A stretch of DNA of 64,000 nt from Candidatus Multiplicimicrobium inquinatum. Its GTDB lineage: Bacteria; Omnitrophota; Omnitrophia; Omnitrophales; Aquincolibacteriaceae. The position numbers were made by a program, and so were the translations under genes. Shown piece after piece: positions 19,231 through 26,739 of this stretch; position 1 is the stretch's first letter; each line of letters begins with the position of its first letter. The stretch covers positions 21,061 to 85,060 of the forward strand of contig DDUN01000038.1 of the NCBI GenBank assembly GCA_002344825.1. The letters run 5' to 3'. The notes under the pieces were generated by a model, which was given only the letters and a program-made list of their open reading frames with translations, was not told the origin of the DNA and did no database searches.

Positions 19231-21504
19231 ATGACAGAGCCGCAAAAACCTTCCGAGCCAACAGATTATTCTGACGGGCAATCCAGCTTCCAAGATCTAA
19301 CGCAGGATATTCGCCGGCTGCTATATCAACAGCAGCAAGAAACAGAAGGCGAAAGGAAAAAAAACGCAGAGTTACTGGAAATTTCTAAAAATCTTCAAAC
19401 GCTTTTAAATGAAGCGGTCTCGGATCTCGAACAAGAAAAAATCCGCCTGGCAGAAGCAAAAAGAGAGCTTGGCGGAAGCGAGCAAAGCCTTTCTGATTTT
19501 AAAGAGGCGTCGGCGAAACAAATTCGCGAAAATCTTCAGAAAATTACCGACCACGAACGCGACATAGAAGCTTTAAAAAAAGCAAAACTGGATAACGAAA
19601 AAGAAATCAAAGAAAAAACAGAGGCAATTTGCCGACTAGAAAGCAAGGCTGCGGAGCATCTCGCTGCGCTCCAATCTCAATCAAGCGAAAAAGAACGCGA
19701 GCAAGCTCAGGCTCAGGCAAAACAGCAAGAATTAGAAAACGAGCTTCGACAGACACGGCTTAAAAATGAAGCCCTCGAAAAAGAGCGCGCGGAGGCAGAT
19801 GCGAAGATAAGCCAAATTAAAGAAGCAAGCACAAAAGAAATTAGCGAGGCAAGGGAAAGATCTGCTGAACACCAAGCCTTGGCCGAAAAGCTTGCTGATG
19901 AAAACGCGCTCCTGAAAAAAGAAACTGAAAAACAAAAAGCAGCTTATGAAGCCGAGCTCGAAATTAAAAAATCAAAAATCATAGAATTGGAAAAAACAGG
20001 CGAAGATTTGCGGCTAGCCGTAGAAAATAAAGGGCGCGAGATTGACGGTGCTGTGAAAGAAAAAGCAGAGTCTCTTGCGAGCGAAAGAGCGCAAGCTCAA
20101 ATAAAGCATAAAGAGCTGCAAGACAGGCTCGACGCATTAAGCCGTGATTATGACGCGACGGCCGCAAAGTTAAAAGAAGCGGAGCAGAAAAGCGCTGTCG
20201 ACACCGGAGTTATCGAGCAGCAAAAGAGGGAGGCTGAGGAAGCAGCTTCAAACCTGGCTCAGCATCGCGAATTACAAACGCAGGCGGAAAAAAAGTTGGC
20301 GGAGCAGTCCGCGCAAAGCGAACAGCAGTTGCAAGCGCTCCGGGCTGAAAAAGAAGATTTAATCCAGAAACATAAAGAGCTGGAAGGCAAACTTGATGCC
20401 CTGAGCCGTGATTATGCCGCGGCGACCGCGAAATTAAAAGAAGCGGAGGAGGAAAGCGCCGCCGCCGCCGAAGTTATCGAGCAGCAAAAGAAGGCGGTTG
20501 CGGAAACCGCTTCAAATCTTACTCAGCAACGCGAATTAAATGCACAGGCAGAAAACAGACGGGTAGAGCAGTTGACGCAGAGCGAACGGCAACTTCAGGC
20601 ATTGCAGGGCGAAAAGGAAGATTTGGTTCGAAAGCACAAAGAGTTGCATGAGAAGCTTGAAGCGGCAACGCGTAATTTTCTGGAAACAACCGCAAAACTT
20701 ACAGAAGCGGAAGAAAAAAACAGGGTCAATTTAAATGATCTAGAAAATCAAAAAAAAGAACATGCCGAAGCGATTTCCAGGCTGGCGGAGCAACAAAATC
20801 TGAGTATTGAAAAAGAAGCGGCGGTACGCCAGCTAGCTGAAAATAAGCGCCAAATCGAAGTATTGGGCAGTGAAAAGGACGGACTCGCTCAAAAGCAAAA
20901 ATCTCTGGAGGCTAAACTGGTTGAGCTTCAGGTTAGAGAAGAAGCTTTGCGCCAAGAAAAACAGAAACAGCATGAGCTTTTGGACGAACACATTAAAAAA
21001 GAACAGGCGTTGCGCGATAAGTATTCAGCACTTGAGGCGGTTAAAAACACTATGTTTACCGGCTGGAAAGATGAGCGGGAGCGACTTGCCCAGGCAACCG
21101 CTTCCCTTACAGATCTTCAAAGCAAGCTTGTAGCGGCAGAAGAAGAAGCGAAGAAATGGAAAGAATCCGCCGCTCTTCTTCAAACACAAAATTCGAAAAC
21201 GGGAACGGAAAATAAAGTTTGGACGATCGGAGCGGAAGAAGACGGCTTGAAAAATAAAAATCAACTTCTTTCGCAGGCGCTTGATTCCGAGCGGGCGCGC
21301 GCAAAGAAAATGGAAGAGGACTTAGCGCGGTTGCGGCAGGTTATAGCGCTTGGGCAGCCGAAAGCGAGCGCGCCGGAAATAAAGTCCGCTATTTTGCCAG
21401 TAGCGCCTAAGCCGACGACAGGCAAAGACAAGGTGAATGGGTTGGAGCTCATTTTGGCGCTGGAAGATAAAAAAGAACCTCCGCAAAGCGGCAAAACAAA
21501 ATAA
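19231..21504 (+). CDS. Coiled-coil protein (757 aa) with ~88-aa tandem repeats.
   Basis: Almost entirely heptad-type and E/K/Q/A-rich. At least three tandem repeats are present: HKELQDRLDALSRDYDATAAKLKEAEQKSA…, HKELEGKLDALSRDYAAATAKLKEAEEESA… and HKELHEKLEAATRNFLETTAKLTEAEEKN…. Confidence 0.7.
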   Translation: MTEPQKPSEPTDYSDGQSSFQDLTQDIRRLLYQQQQETEGERKKNAELLEISKNLQTLLNEAVSDLEQEKIRLAEAKRELGGSEQSLSDFKEASAKQIRENLQKITDHERDIEALKKAKLDNEKEIKEKTEAICRLESKAAEHLAALQSQSSEKEREQAQAQAKQQELENELRQTRLKNEALEKERAEADAKISQIKEASTKEISEARERSAEHQALAEKLADENALLKKETEKQKAAYEAELEIKKSKIIELEKTGEDLRLAVENKGREIDGAVKEKAESLASERAQAQIKHKELQDRLDALSRDYDATAAKLKEAEQKSAVDTGVIEQQKREAEEAASNLAQHRELQTQAEKKLAEQSAQSEQQLQALRAEKEDLIQKHKELEGKLDALSRDYAAATAKLKEAEEESAAAAEVIEQQKKAVAETASNLTQQRELNAQAENRRVEQLTQSERQLQALQGEKEDLVRKHKELHEKLEAATRNFLETTAKLTEAEEKNRVNLNDLENQKKEHAEAISRLAEQQNLSIEKEAAVRQLAENKRQIEVLGSEKDGLAQKQKSLEAKLVELQVREEALRQEKQKQHELLDEHIKKEQALRDKYSALEAVKNTMFTGWKDERERLAQATASLTDLQSKLVAAEEEAKKWKESAALLQTQNSKTGTENKVWTIGAEEDGLKNKNQLLSQALDSERARAKKMEEDLARLRQVIALGQPKASAPEIKSAILPVAPKPTTGKDKVNGLELILALEDKKEPPQSGKTK

Positions 21505-21515
21505 TTTTGGATTAA

Positions 21516-22016
21516 ATGATGGAAAACATACACGAGCATTTTATGAAGGAAGCGATCAAGCAAGCGGTGATTGCTTTTGAACGCGGAGAAGTTCCCGTTG
21601 GCGCGGTCGTTGTTTATAAAAATAAAGTTATTGCGCGCGGGCACAATCAAATGGAAACCTTACATGATCCGACAGCTCACGCGGAAATGATCGCAATGAC
21701 CGCTGCTTCCGAGAAGTTATCGGAAGGGAGCGATAAACATCGCGGTTCTTTGGAAGGCTGTACGCTTTATGTCACGATGGAGCCTTGCCCGATGTGTGCT
21801 GGGGCGCTTGTGATTTCAAAATGTTCCAGCGTCGTTTATGGCGCGCGGGATGTAAAAGCCGGAGCCTGTGAAAGCTTGTACCGTATCCCGCAAGATGACC
21901 GCCTCAACCATCGCCTTGCTGTTCTGGGCGGCGTGATGGAAGAAGACGCAAAAACACTTTTGCGGGAGTTCTTTGTGACACTACGGAATAATAAAAAGAA
22001 TCTGCCGCTGAATTAG
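21516..22016 (+). CDS. tadA: tRNA adenosine(34) deaminase.
   Basis: CDA-fold zinc motifs HAEMIAM and PCPMCAGAL. The N-terminus is [17 protein letters not shown]…VPVGAVVV. 166 aa. Confidence 0.9.
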   Translation: MMENIHEHFMKEAIKQAVIAFERGEVPVGAVVVYKNKVIARGHNQMETLHDPTAHAEMIAMTAASEKLSEGSDKHRGSLEGCTLYVTMEPCPMCAGALVISKCSSVVYGARDVKAGACESLYRIPQDDRLNHRLAVLGGVMEEDAKTLLREFFVTLRNNKKNLPLN

Positions 22017-22044
22017 GCCGAAACACCCCTGCCAAGATTGGTTT

Positions 22045-22072
22045 TGAGAAATTCCATAAGATAAGCTAGTAT
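22045..22072 (+). promoter_or_regulatory. Candidate promoter TTGAGA-N16-TAGTAT upstream of tRNA-Ser(GGA).
   Basis: The hexamer spacing fits sigma70. It lies 15 nt upstream of the tRNA 5' end. Confidence 0.35.
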
Positions 22073-22086
22073 ACGCCCCTCTACGG

Positions 22087-22178
22087 GGAGAGGTCGCATA
22101 GCCTGGTCTAGTGCGCACGCCTGGAAAGTGTGTGAACCTGAAAGGGTTCCGTGGGTTCGAATCCCACCCTCTCCGCCA
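22087..22178 (+). tRNA. tRNA-Ser (anticodon GGA), class II, with CCA encoded.
   Basis: GGAGAGG/CCTCTCC acceptor stem. Anticodon stem-loop is CACGC-CTGGAAA-GTGTG (one G·U pair). Long variable arm is AACCTGAAAGGGTTCC. T-arm is GTGGGTTCGAATCCCAC. Discriminator G plus CCA. Confidence 0.8.
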
Positions 22179-22479
22179 TTTTCTGAAAAAGGGCGTCTGC
22201 TTCGCCGCGCTCTTCACTCCCTTGTGCGGCGTAGGTTTCACTACGCCTCCGCGGTCGTTTGATCGCATCTCGCATTCAACCCTTTTTGAGAAAATAGCTT
22301 TTGATAGATGGGATTCGAAGTGAGCGACGCCTTATTTTAAACTGCGCCGAATATAAATCTGACTTAATGTCAGATTTACAAGAGGCGCTTTCTTTATAAG
22401 GAGCGAGTGGCCGACCCGCAGTGATTGCCGCTGACTAAGCGGACAAGAACGAAGGGCGCCGTTAATCCCACCCTCTCCG
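22179..22479. repeat. Repeat family X copy 2, about 280 bp, after tRNA-Ser(GGA). It ends in a partial duplicate of that tRNA's 3' end (22461-22479).
   Basis: It has the same block order as copy 1 and includes the 25-mer GGAGCGAGTGGCCGACCCGCAGTGA (22399-22423). It ends …GGGCGCC followed by GTTAATCCCACCCTCTCCG, which matches the tRNA 3' end GTTCGAATCCCACCCTCTCCG. Confidence 0.65.
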
Positions 22480-22598
22480 TTCTTTATTCTGCCGGCCATG
22501 GCTGCGTTACGCTCCCTCAAATTTTCTCGACGTACACTTTTAGTACGCCTCAAAAATTTTCGGTCGCAAGCCTTGCCCTGACCGGCATCTTAAAGAAC
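22480..22598. mobile_element. MITE-like element Y copy 2, with degenerate terminal inverted repeats. It lies directly after the partial tRNA 3' duplicate.
   Basis: TTCTTTATTCTGCCGG…CCGGCATCTTAAAGAA ends. The interior is ~85% identical to 14807-14924. Confidence 0.45.
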
Positions 22599-22710
22599 GT
22601 ATGGTTCATGGGATTTGAAGTGAACCGCTCTATTATTTAGTGAAAATAAGCCCTAAGAACAAAGACGCGGCGGACCTAACTATGAATCCGTTTTTCGGCG
22701 ATGGGTTATC

Positions 22711-23193
22711 TTAGTGATGCCCACCGCAACAGGTTTGATAGCGCTCGGCTGGAATGTTTTCCATGGCCACAAAAATTCCGGCAACCTCTTTCTCTGTCAG
22801 CAGCTGATCCATGGTGGGGTAAAGAACCTGTTCTTCTTTTTGATTATGGCCGTTCAGAATTTCAAGAAGCATCTCTTCTTCGCTCTCGCTGGAAGAATCT
22901 CCCCGGCGAACTTTGTCGTGAATCCCTTCCAGGAGAGCGCCGATGCGCCGATGCTCTTCACGCATCACAAAAGTAGGTCCTCCGTCTTTTATCCCGCTTT
23001 TTTCTTCGAATAAAGGGAAAAGAACATCTTCTTCCCAAACAATATGCCGCTTAAGACCGTTGTTAAAAGATTTAAAATAAGGCTTCGCCTCTGCCATTGA
23101 TTCATATTTCTTTTTCTGAAACTGATGAAAGATGGCGTCTAGGCGGTTGTGATCTGCTTCGAAATATTGGGTAATTGTATTAGTTGTTTTCAT
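22711..23193 (-). CDS. Hemerythrin-like domain protein, possibly RIC/ScdA-like and NO/iron-centre related.
   Basis: 160 aa. Hemerythrin cation-binding His/Glu pattern is present (…DHNRLDAIF…EEDVLFPLFE…EHRRIG…HNQKEEQVLYP…). The C-terminus is CCGGHH. A GGAGGA RBS is present. It is co-oriented and probably co-transcribed with the upstream cupin gene. Confidence 0.65.
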   Translation of the reverse strand: MKTTNTITQYFEADHNRLDAIFHQFQKKKYESMAEAKPYFKSFNNGLKRHIVWEEDVLFPLFEEKSGIKDGGPTFVMREEHRRIGALLEGIHDKVRRGDSSSESEEEMLLEILNGHNQKEEQVLYPTMDQLLTEKEVAGIFVAMENIPAERYQTCCGGHH

Positions 23194-23217
23194 CGTGCTC
23201 CTCCGAAATGTTTTCTG

Positions 23218-23610
23218 TTAGGCGCCGAACGTAATTAGGAACGCACACTCTGTGCGCGCTCTCACACTGTGCAAAATACCCTTATGCAGACTCAGCATCT
23301 GCCCCGCTTTTAAGGCGACGATTTCCATGTCCGTAATAAACTCCAGCTCCCCTTCAAGAGCTTGAACGCTTATTGCATGATCCGCTTTGTGCGGCTTAAT
23401 TAGGGCGCCGCTGTGAAGCGCAATAACGACCATGCGCAATCCGAGACCCATATTTAAGGTGATGGAATTACGGTCTGTGCTTTTCCACGCTTCTTCGCTT
23501 TTGATTTTGGCGATCAACTTAGGGATTTCATAAGTTAAAATCGGCGCGTCCATGATTCTTTGTTCGCGCCTTCCTGTCTCAGTCATAGCGGACTCCTGTC
23601 TGCTCTTCAT
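23218..23610 (-). CDS. Cupin-fold domain protein.
   Basis: 130 aa. The His-rich pattern in a beta-rich context (…LHSGALIKPHKADHAISVQALEGELEF…LHKGILHSVRA…) is consistent with a cupin domain. The start may be an internal Met (MTETG… or MDAPIL…). Confidence 0.45.
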   Translation of the reverse strand: MKSRQESAMTETGRREQRIMDAPILTYEIPKLIAKIKSEEAWKSTDRNSITLNMGLGLRMVVIALHSGALIKPHKADHAISVQALEGELEFITDMEIVALKAGQMLSLHKGILHSVRARTECAFLITFGA

Positions 23611-23645
23611 TGGGCTAATACTACGAATTCACCCTTGTGTTTCTT

Positions 23646-23676
23646 AAAGATGTATTTATAATGCATGTATAAATTA
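23646..23676. promoter_or_regulatory. NsrR-type operator candidate in the divergent promoter between the cupin/hemerythrin operon and the nsrR-like gene.
   Basis: AAAGATGTATTTATAATGCATGTATAAATTA contains AAGATGTATTT. This matches the gammaproteobacterial NsrR half-site AAGATGyATTT. A partial second half (AATGCAT) follows, and a TATAAT lies inside. Confidence 0.45.
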
Positions 23677-23706
23677 CCATAATGAGAGGACATAAAAAAG
23701 GTTTTT

Positions 23707-24144
23707 ATGCAGCTTACATATTTTTCAGATTATTCCTTGCGCGTACTTATATATCTCGCCGTAAAAAAGGATAAAGCTTCCATCGCCGAAATCAGCCGAG
23801 CCTTCGGTATTTCAAAAAATCATTTGGTAAAAACCGCACAGCATTTGATAAAGCTTGGCTACATCAGCTCGATTCGCGGCAAGACAGGCGGCATTACACT
23901 GGCCAAGCCACCGAGATCCATCAATCTTGGTAAAATTATCCAACAGCTCGAACCGCATATGGATATCGTTGAGTGTTTCACCCCGCAAACGAAAACTTCT
24001 TGTGCTATTACACCCGTGTGTCGCCTCAAAAGTGTCTTTCAGGAAGCAAAGCGGGCCTTCATTTCGGCTCTGGAAAAATATTCTCTCGCAGATATTGTAC
24101 GGAATAAGGAGGCGCTTTCCCGATACATTCTGCAGCCTGCTTAG
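23707..24144 (+). CDS. nsrR: Rrf2-family regulator of NsrR/IscR type with a three-Cys cluster ligand motif.
   Basis: 145 aa. The N-terminal HTH is …YSLRVLIYLAVKKDKASIAEISRAFGISKNHLVKTAQHLIKLGYISSIRGKTGG…. The Cys arrangement is CFTPQTKTSCAITPVC (C-x9-C-x5-C). It is adjacent to NO reductase and hemerythrin-like genes. Confidence 0.7.
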   Translation: MQLTYFSDYSLRVLIYLAVKKDKASIAEISRAFGISKNHLVKTAQHLIKLGYISSIRGKTGGITLAKPPRSINLGKIIQQLEPHMDIVECFTPQTKTSCAITPVCRLKSVFQEAKRAFISALEKYSLADIVRNKEALSRYILQPA

Positions 24145-24279
24145 CTGCGGCCGGCTCCGCCTGGTTCAAAGGAAATAGGTGCTTTTTTAAATTTTAAATG
24201 TTGTTTTGGCAGACAGTAATAGATGCAATCATATAGTGCCGGGCAGAAAAATAAGAAACAAAGATCAACAGGAGAAAAC

Positions 24280-26559
24280 ATGAGTCACAAAAAGCTATGG
24301 ATTTGTTTTGCCGCAATCATCATTGTTTCTTTTTCAGTTCTGGGATACTACGGTTCAGAAATTTATCGACAAGCACCGCCCATTCCCGACCGCTTCGTCA
24401 CGACGGACGGACGGACGCTCTTCACGGGCCAAGACGTCAAAGACGGTCAGAACGCCTGGCAGTCCACCGGAGGGCATCAACTCGGAACGATCTGGGGGCA
24501 TGGGGCCTACGTCGCACCGGACTGGACAGCGGATTGGCTGCACAGGGAAGCTGAATTTATCCTCAACAATTGGGCAAGCAATGAAGGCGCTTCCGATTAT
24601 AAAGCGCTCGATGAAGAAAAGCAGGCCGCGCTCAAAGCCCGCCTTCAAAAAGAGCTGCGCACAAATTCCTACGACGCCGAATCGGACACGGTGACCGTCA
24701 GTCCCCAGCGCGCCGAGGCCATCGAAGCCAACAGCCGCTATTACGCCTCTCTTTTCATGAACGATCCTGCGATGGCCTTCGAGCGCGACGCCTACGCCAT
24801 GAAGGCAAATACAATCAAAGATCCCGAGCGCATGCGACAGTTGAATGCGTTTTTTTTCTGGGCGACCTGGGCGTGTGTTACAGAACGTCCCGGGCAAGAT
24901 ATCACGTATACGAACAACTGGCCCCCCGAAGAACTTGTCGGCAATCGCCCTGCCGCTGAACTGCTTCTTTGGACGGGCGTCAGCGTCATTCTTCTCATCG
25001 CGGGTATCGGCCTGTTGGCTTTCTATTACGCTGCAAACCGTAACAAGGAGGAGTTGCCTGAGGGAGGCTATCCTGAAAAAGATCCGCTGCTTGGCCTCAA
25101 GCCGACTCCGTCGATGATGGCGACGTTGAAATATTTCTGGGTCGTGACAGCGCTCATCGTTGTGCAGGTGCTCATGGGCGGGGTGACAGCCCACTATGGT
25201 GTGGAAGGAACGGGGCTTTATGGTATTCCTCTTTCCGAGTGGCTGCCCTACTCACTCACGCGCACCTGGCACGTACAGCTTGGAATTTTTTGGATCGCGA
25301 CATCCTGGCTCGCCACCGGCCTTTTTCTTGCACCGGCTGTTTCAGGGCATGAACCGAAATTCCAACGCCTTGGCGTTAACATGCTTTTTGGTGCACTGCT
25401 CGTCATTGTCGCCGGATCTCTCATAGGGCAGTGGTTTTCAATTATGCAAAAGCTCGGCTATGTTGAAGGATTCTGGTTCGGGCATCAGGGCTATGAATAT
25501 GTTGACCTCGGCCGTTTCTGGCAGATATTCCTTCTCGTCGGTCTTTTCCTCTGGCTCTTTCTCATGACGCGCGCGATCTGGCCCGCGTTCAAGAAAGATG
25601 CACCCAACAAACATCTTCTTGGCCTTTTCCTGATTTCGTCGGCGGCGATCGCGCTCTTCTACTCCGCCGGCCTCATGTGGGAAAGGCAAACGCATTTGGC
25701 CATCGCGGAATACTGGCGTTGGTGGGTTGTTCATCTTTGGGTGGAAGGTTTCTTCGAAGTCTTCGCCACGGTTGTCATTGCGTTTCTCTTCGTACGCATG
25801 AAACTTCTGGCCTCGCAACTTGCCACGACGGCCGTTCTTTTTTCGACGAACGTCTTTCTGCTCGGCGGCATCATCGGAACGTTTCATCACCTCTATTTCT
25901 CGGGAACGCCGACGGCGGTGCTTGCTCTCGGCGCCACCTTTAGTGCGCTGGAAGTCGTGCCGCTTGTCCTCATCGGTTTCGAGGCTTACCACAATCTCAC
26001 ACTGAGCCGCGCCACGCCGTGGATCACAGCCTACAAGTGGCCGATCTATTGTTTTATCGCGGTCGCATTTTGGAATTTGGTAGGCGCGGGCGTCTTCGGG
26101 TTTCTCATCAATCCGCCCATAGCTCTCTATTATATGCAGGGTCTGAACACGACTCCCGTCCACGCGCATACGGCACTCTTCGGTGTTTACGGAATGCTCG
26201 GCATAGGGCTTATGCTTTTCGTACTGAAGGGACTGGCTGCGCGCAACGTGTGGAAAGACCCAGTCATCAGCTTTGCCTTCTGGTCGATCAACATTGGGTT
26301 AGCGCTTATGGTGCTCCTAAGTGTCCTGCCGATCGGTCTTGCACAGGCAGTCGCGAGTCACAAGGAAGGTCTGTGGTACGCTCGCTCCATCGAGTTCACG
26401 CAAACGGGCCTTATGGATAATCTGAGATGGATGCGCGTCATTGGCGATACAATCTTCGCGGCGGGCACGCTGGCTCTGGCGTGGTTTATAATCGGACTAA
26501 AAACCGGCTGGTCTCTCAAGAAGGAAGAGGATCGAATTTTCACTTCAGAAAAGGCCTAA
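24280..26559 (+). CDS. norZ: Quinol-dependent nitric oxide reductase (qNOR, single-subunit NorZ/NorB type).
   Basis: The N-terminal TM helix plus periplasmic region (MSHKKLWICFAAIIIVSFSVLGYYGSEIYRQAPPIPDRFVTTDGRTLFTGQDVKDGQNAWQSTGGHQLGTIWGHGAYVAPDWTADWLHRE) is highly characteristic of qNOR. A 12-TM haem-copper oxidase-like core with conserved His follows. An AGGAGA RBS precedes the ATG at 24280. Confidence 0.92.
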   Translation: MSHKKLWICFAAIIIVSFSVLGYYGSEIYRQAPPIPDRFVTTDGRTLFTGQDVKDGQNAWQSTGGHQLGTIWGHGAYVAPDWTADWLHREAEFILNNWASNEGASDYKALDEEKQAALKARLQKELRTNSYDAESDTVTVSPQRAEAIEANSRYYASLFMNDPAMAFERDAYAMKANTIKDPERMRQLNAFFFWATWACVTERPGQDITYTNNWPPEELVGNRPAAELLLWTGVSVILLIAGIGLLAFYYAANRNKEELPEGGYPEKDPLLGLKPTPSMMATLKYFWVVTALIVVQVLMGGVTAHYGVEGTGLYGIPLSEWLPYSLTRTWHVQLGIFWIATSWLATGLFLAPAVSGHEPKFQRLGVNMLFGALLVIVAGSLIGQWFSIMQKLGYVEGFWFGHQGYEYVDLGRFWQIFLLVGLFLWLFLMTRAIWPAFKKDAPNKHLLGLFLISSAAIALFYSAGLMWERQTHLAIAEYWRWWVVHLWVEGFFEVFATVVIAFLFVRMKLLASQLATTAVLFSTNVFLLGGIIGTFHHLYFSGTPTAVLALGATFSALEVVPLVLIGFEAYHNLTLSRATPWITAYKWPIYCFIAVAFWNLVGAGVFGFLINPPIALYYMQGLNTTPVHAHTALFGVYGMLGIGLMLFVLKGLAARNVWKDPVISFAFWSINIGLALMVLLSVLPIGLAQAVASHKEGLWYARSIEFTQTGLMDNLRWMRVIGDTIFAAGTLALAWFIIGLKTGWSLKKEEDRIFTSEKA

Positions 26560-26590
26560 GAGTAAGTTTGATACAGACAAAGGGCCCTCA

Positions 26591-26627
26591 GTCTACGGAG
26601 TGAGGGCCTTTTTTTGCACTGACACCA
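26591..26627 (+). terminator. Rho-independent terminator after norZ.
   Basis: GGGCCCTCA-gtctacgga-gTGAGGGCC stem (8-9 bp), followed by TTTTTTT. Confidence 0.8.
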
Positions 26628-26739
26628 TTAATGCGCCTGGTTAGATCGAATATCACAAGCGACTTTTTTTGAGAAAATGGCGAAATAACAAAGCTTTTAC
26701 CGAGCTGTTTTCAACCCTCCCTTTTTCGAGCTTCCCGAT

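Noticed and set aside
24355-25194. 279-aa minus-strand ORF antisense to norZ.
   Set aside because: It is embedded in a strongly supported qNOR gene on the opposite strand. It is His/Arg-rich low-complexity sequence typical of antisense GC-rich frames.
25438-26169. 243-aa minus-strand ORF antisense to norZ.
   Set aside because: Same reason: an R/K/E-rich antisense artefact inside a membrane-protein gene.
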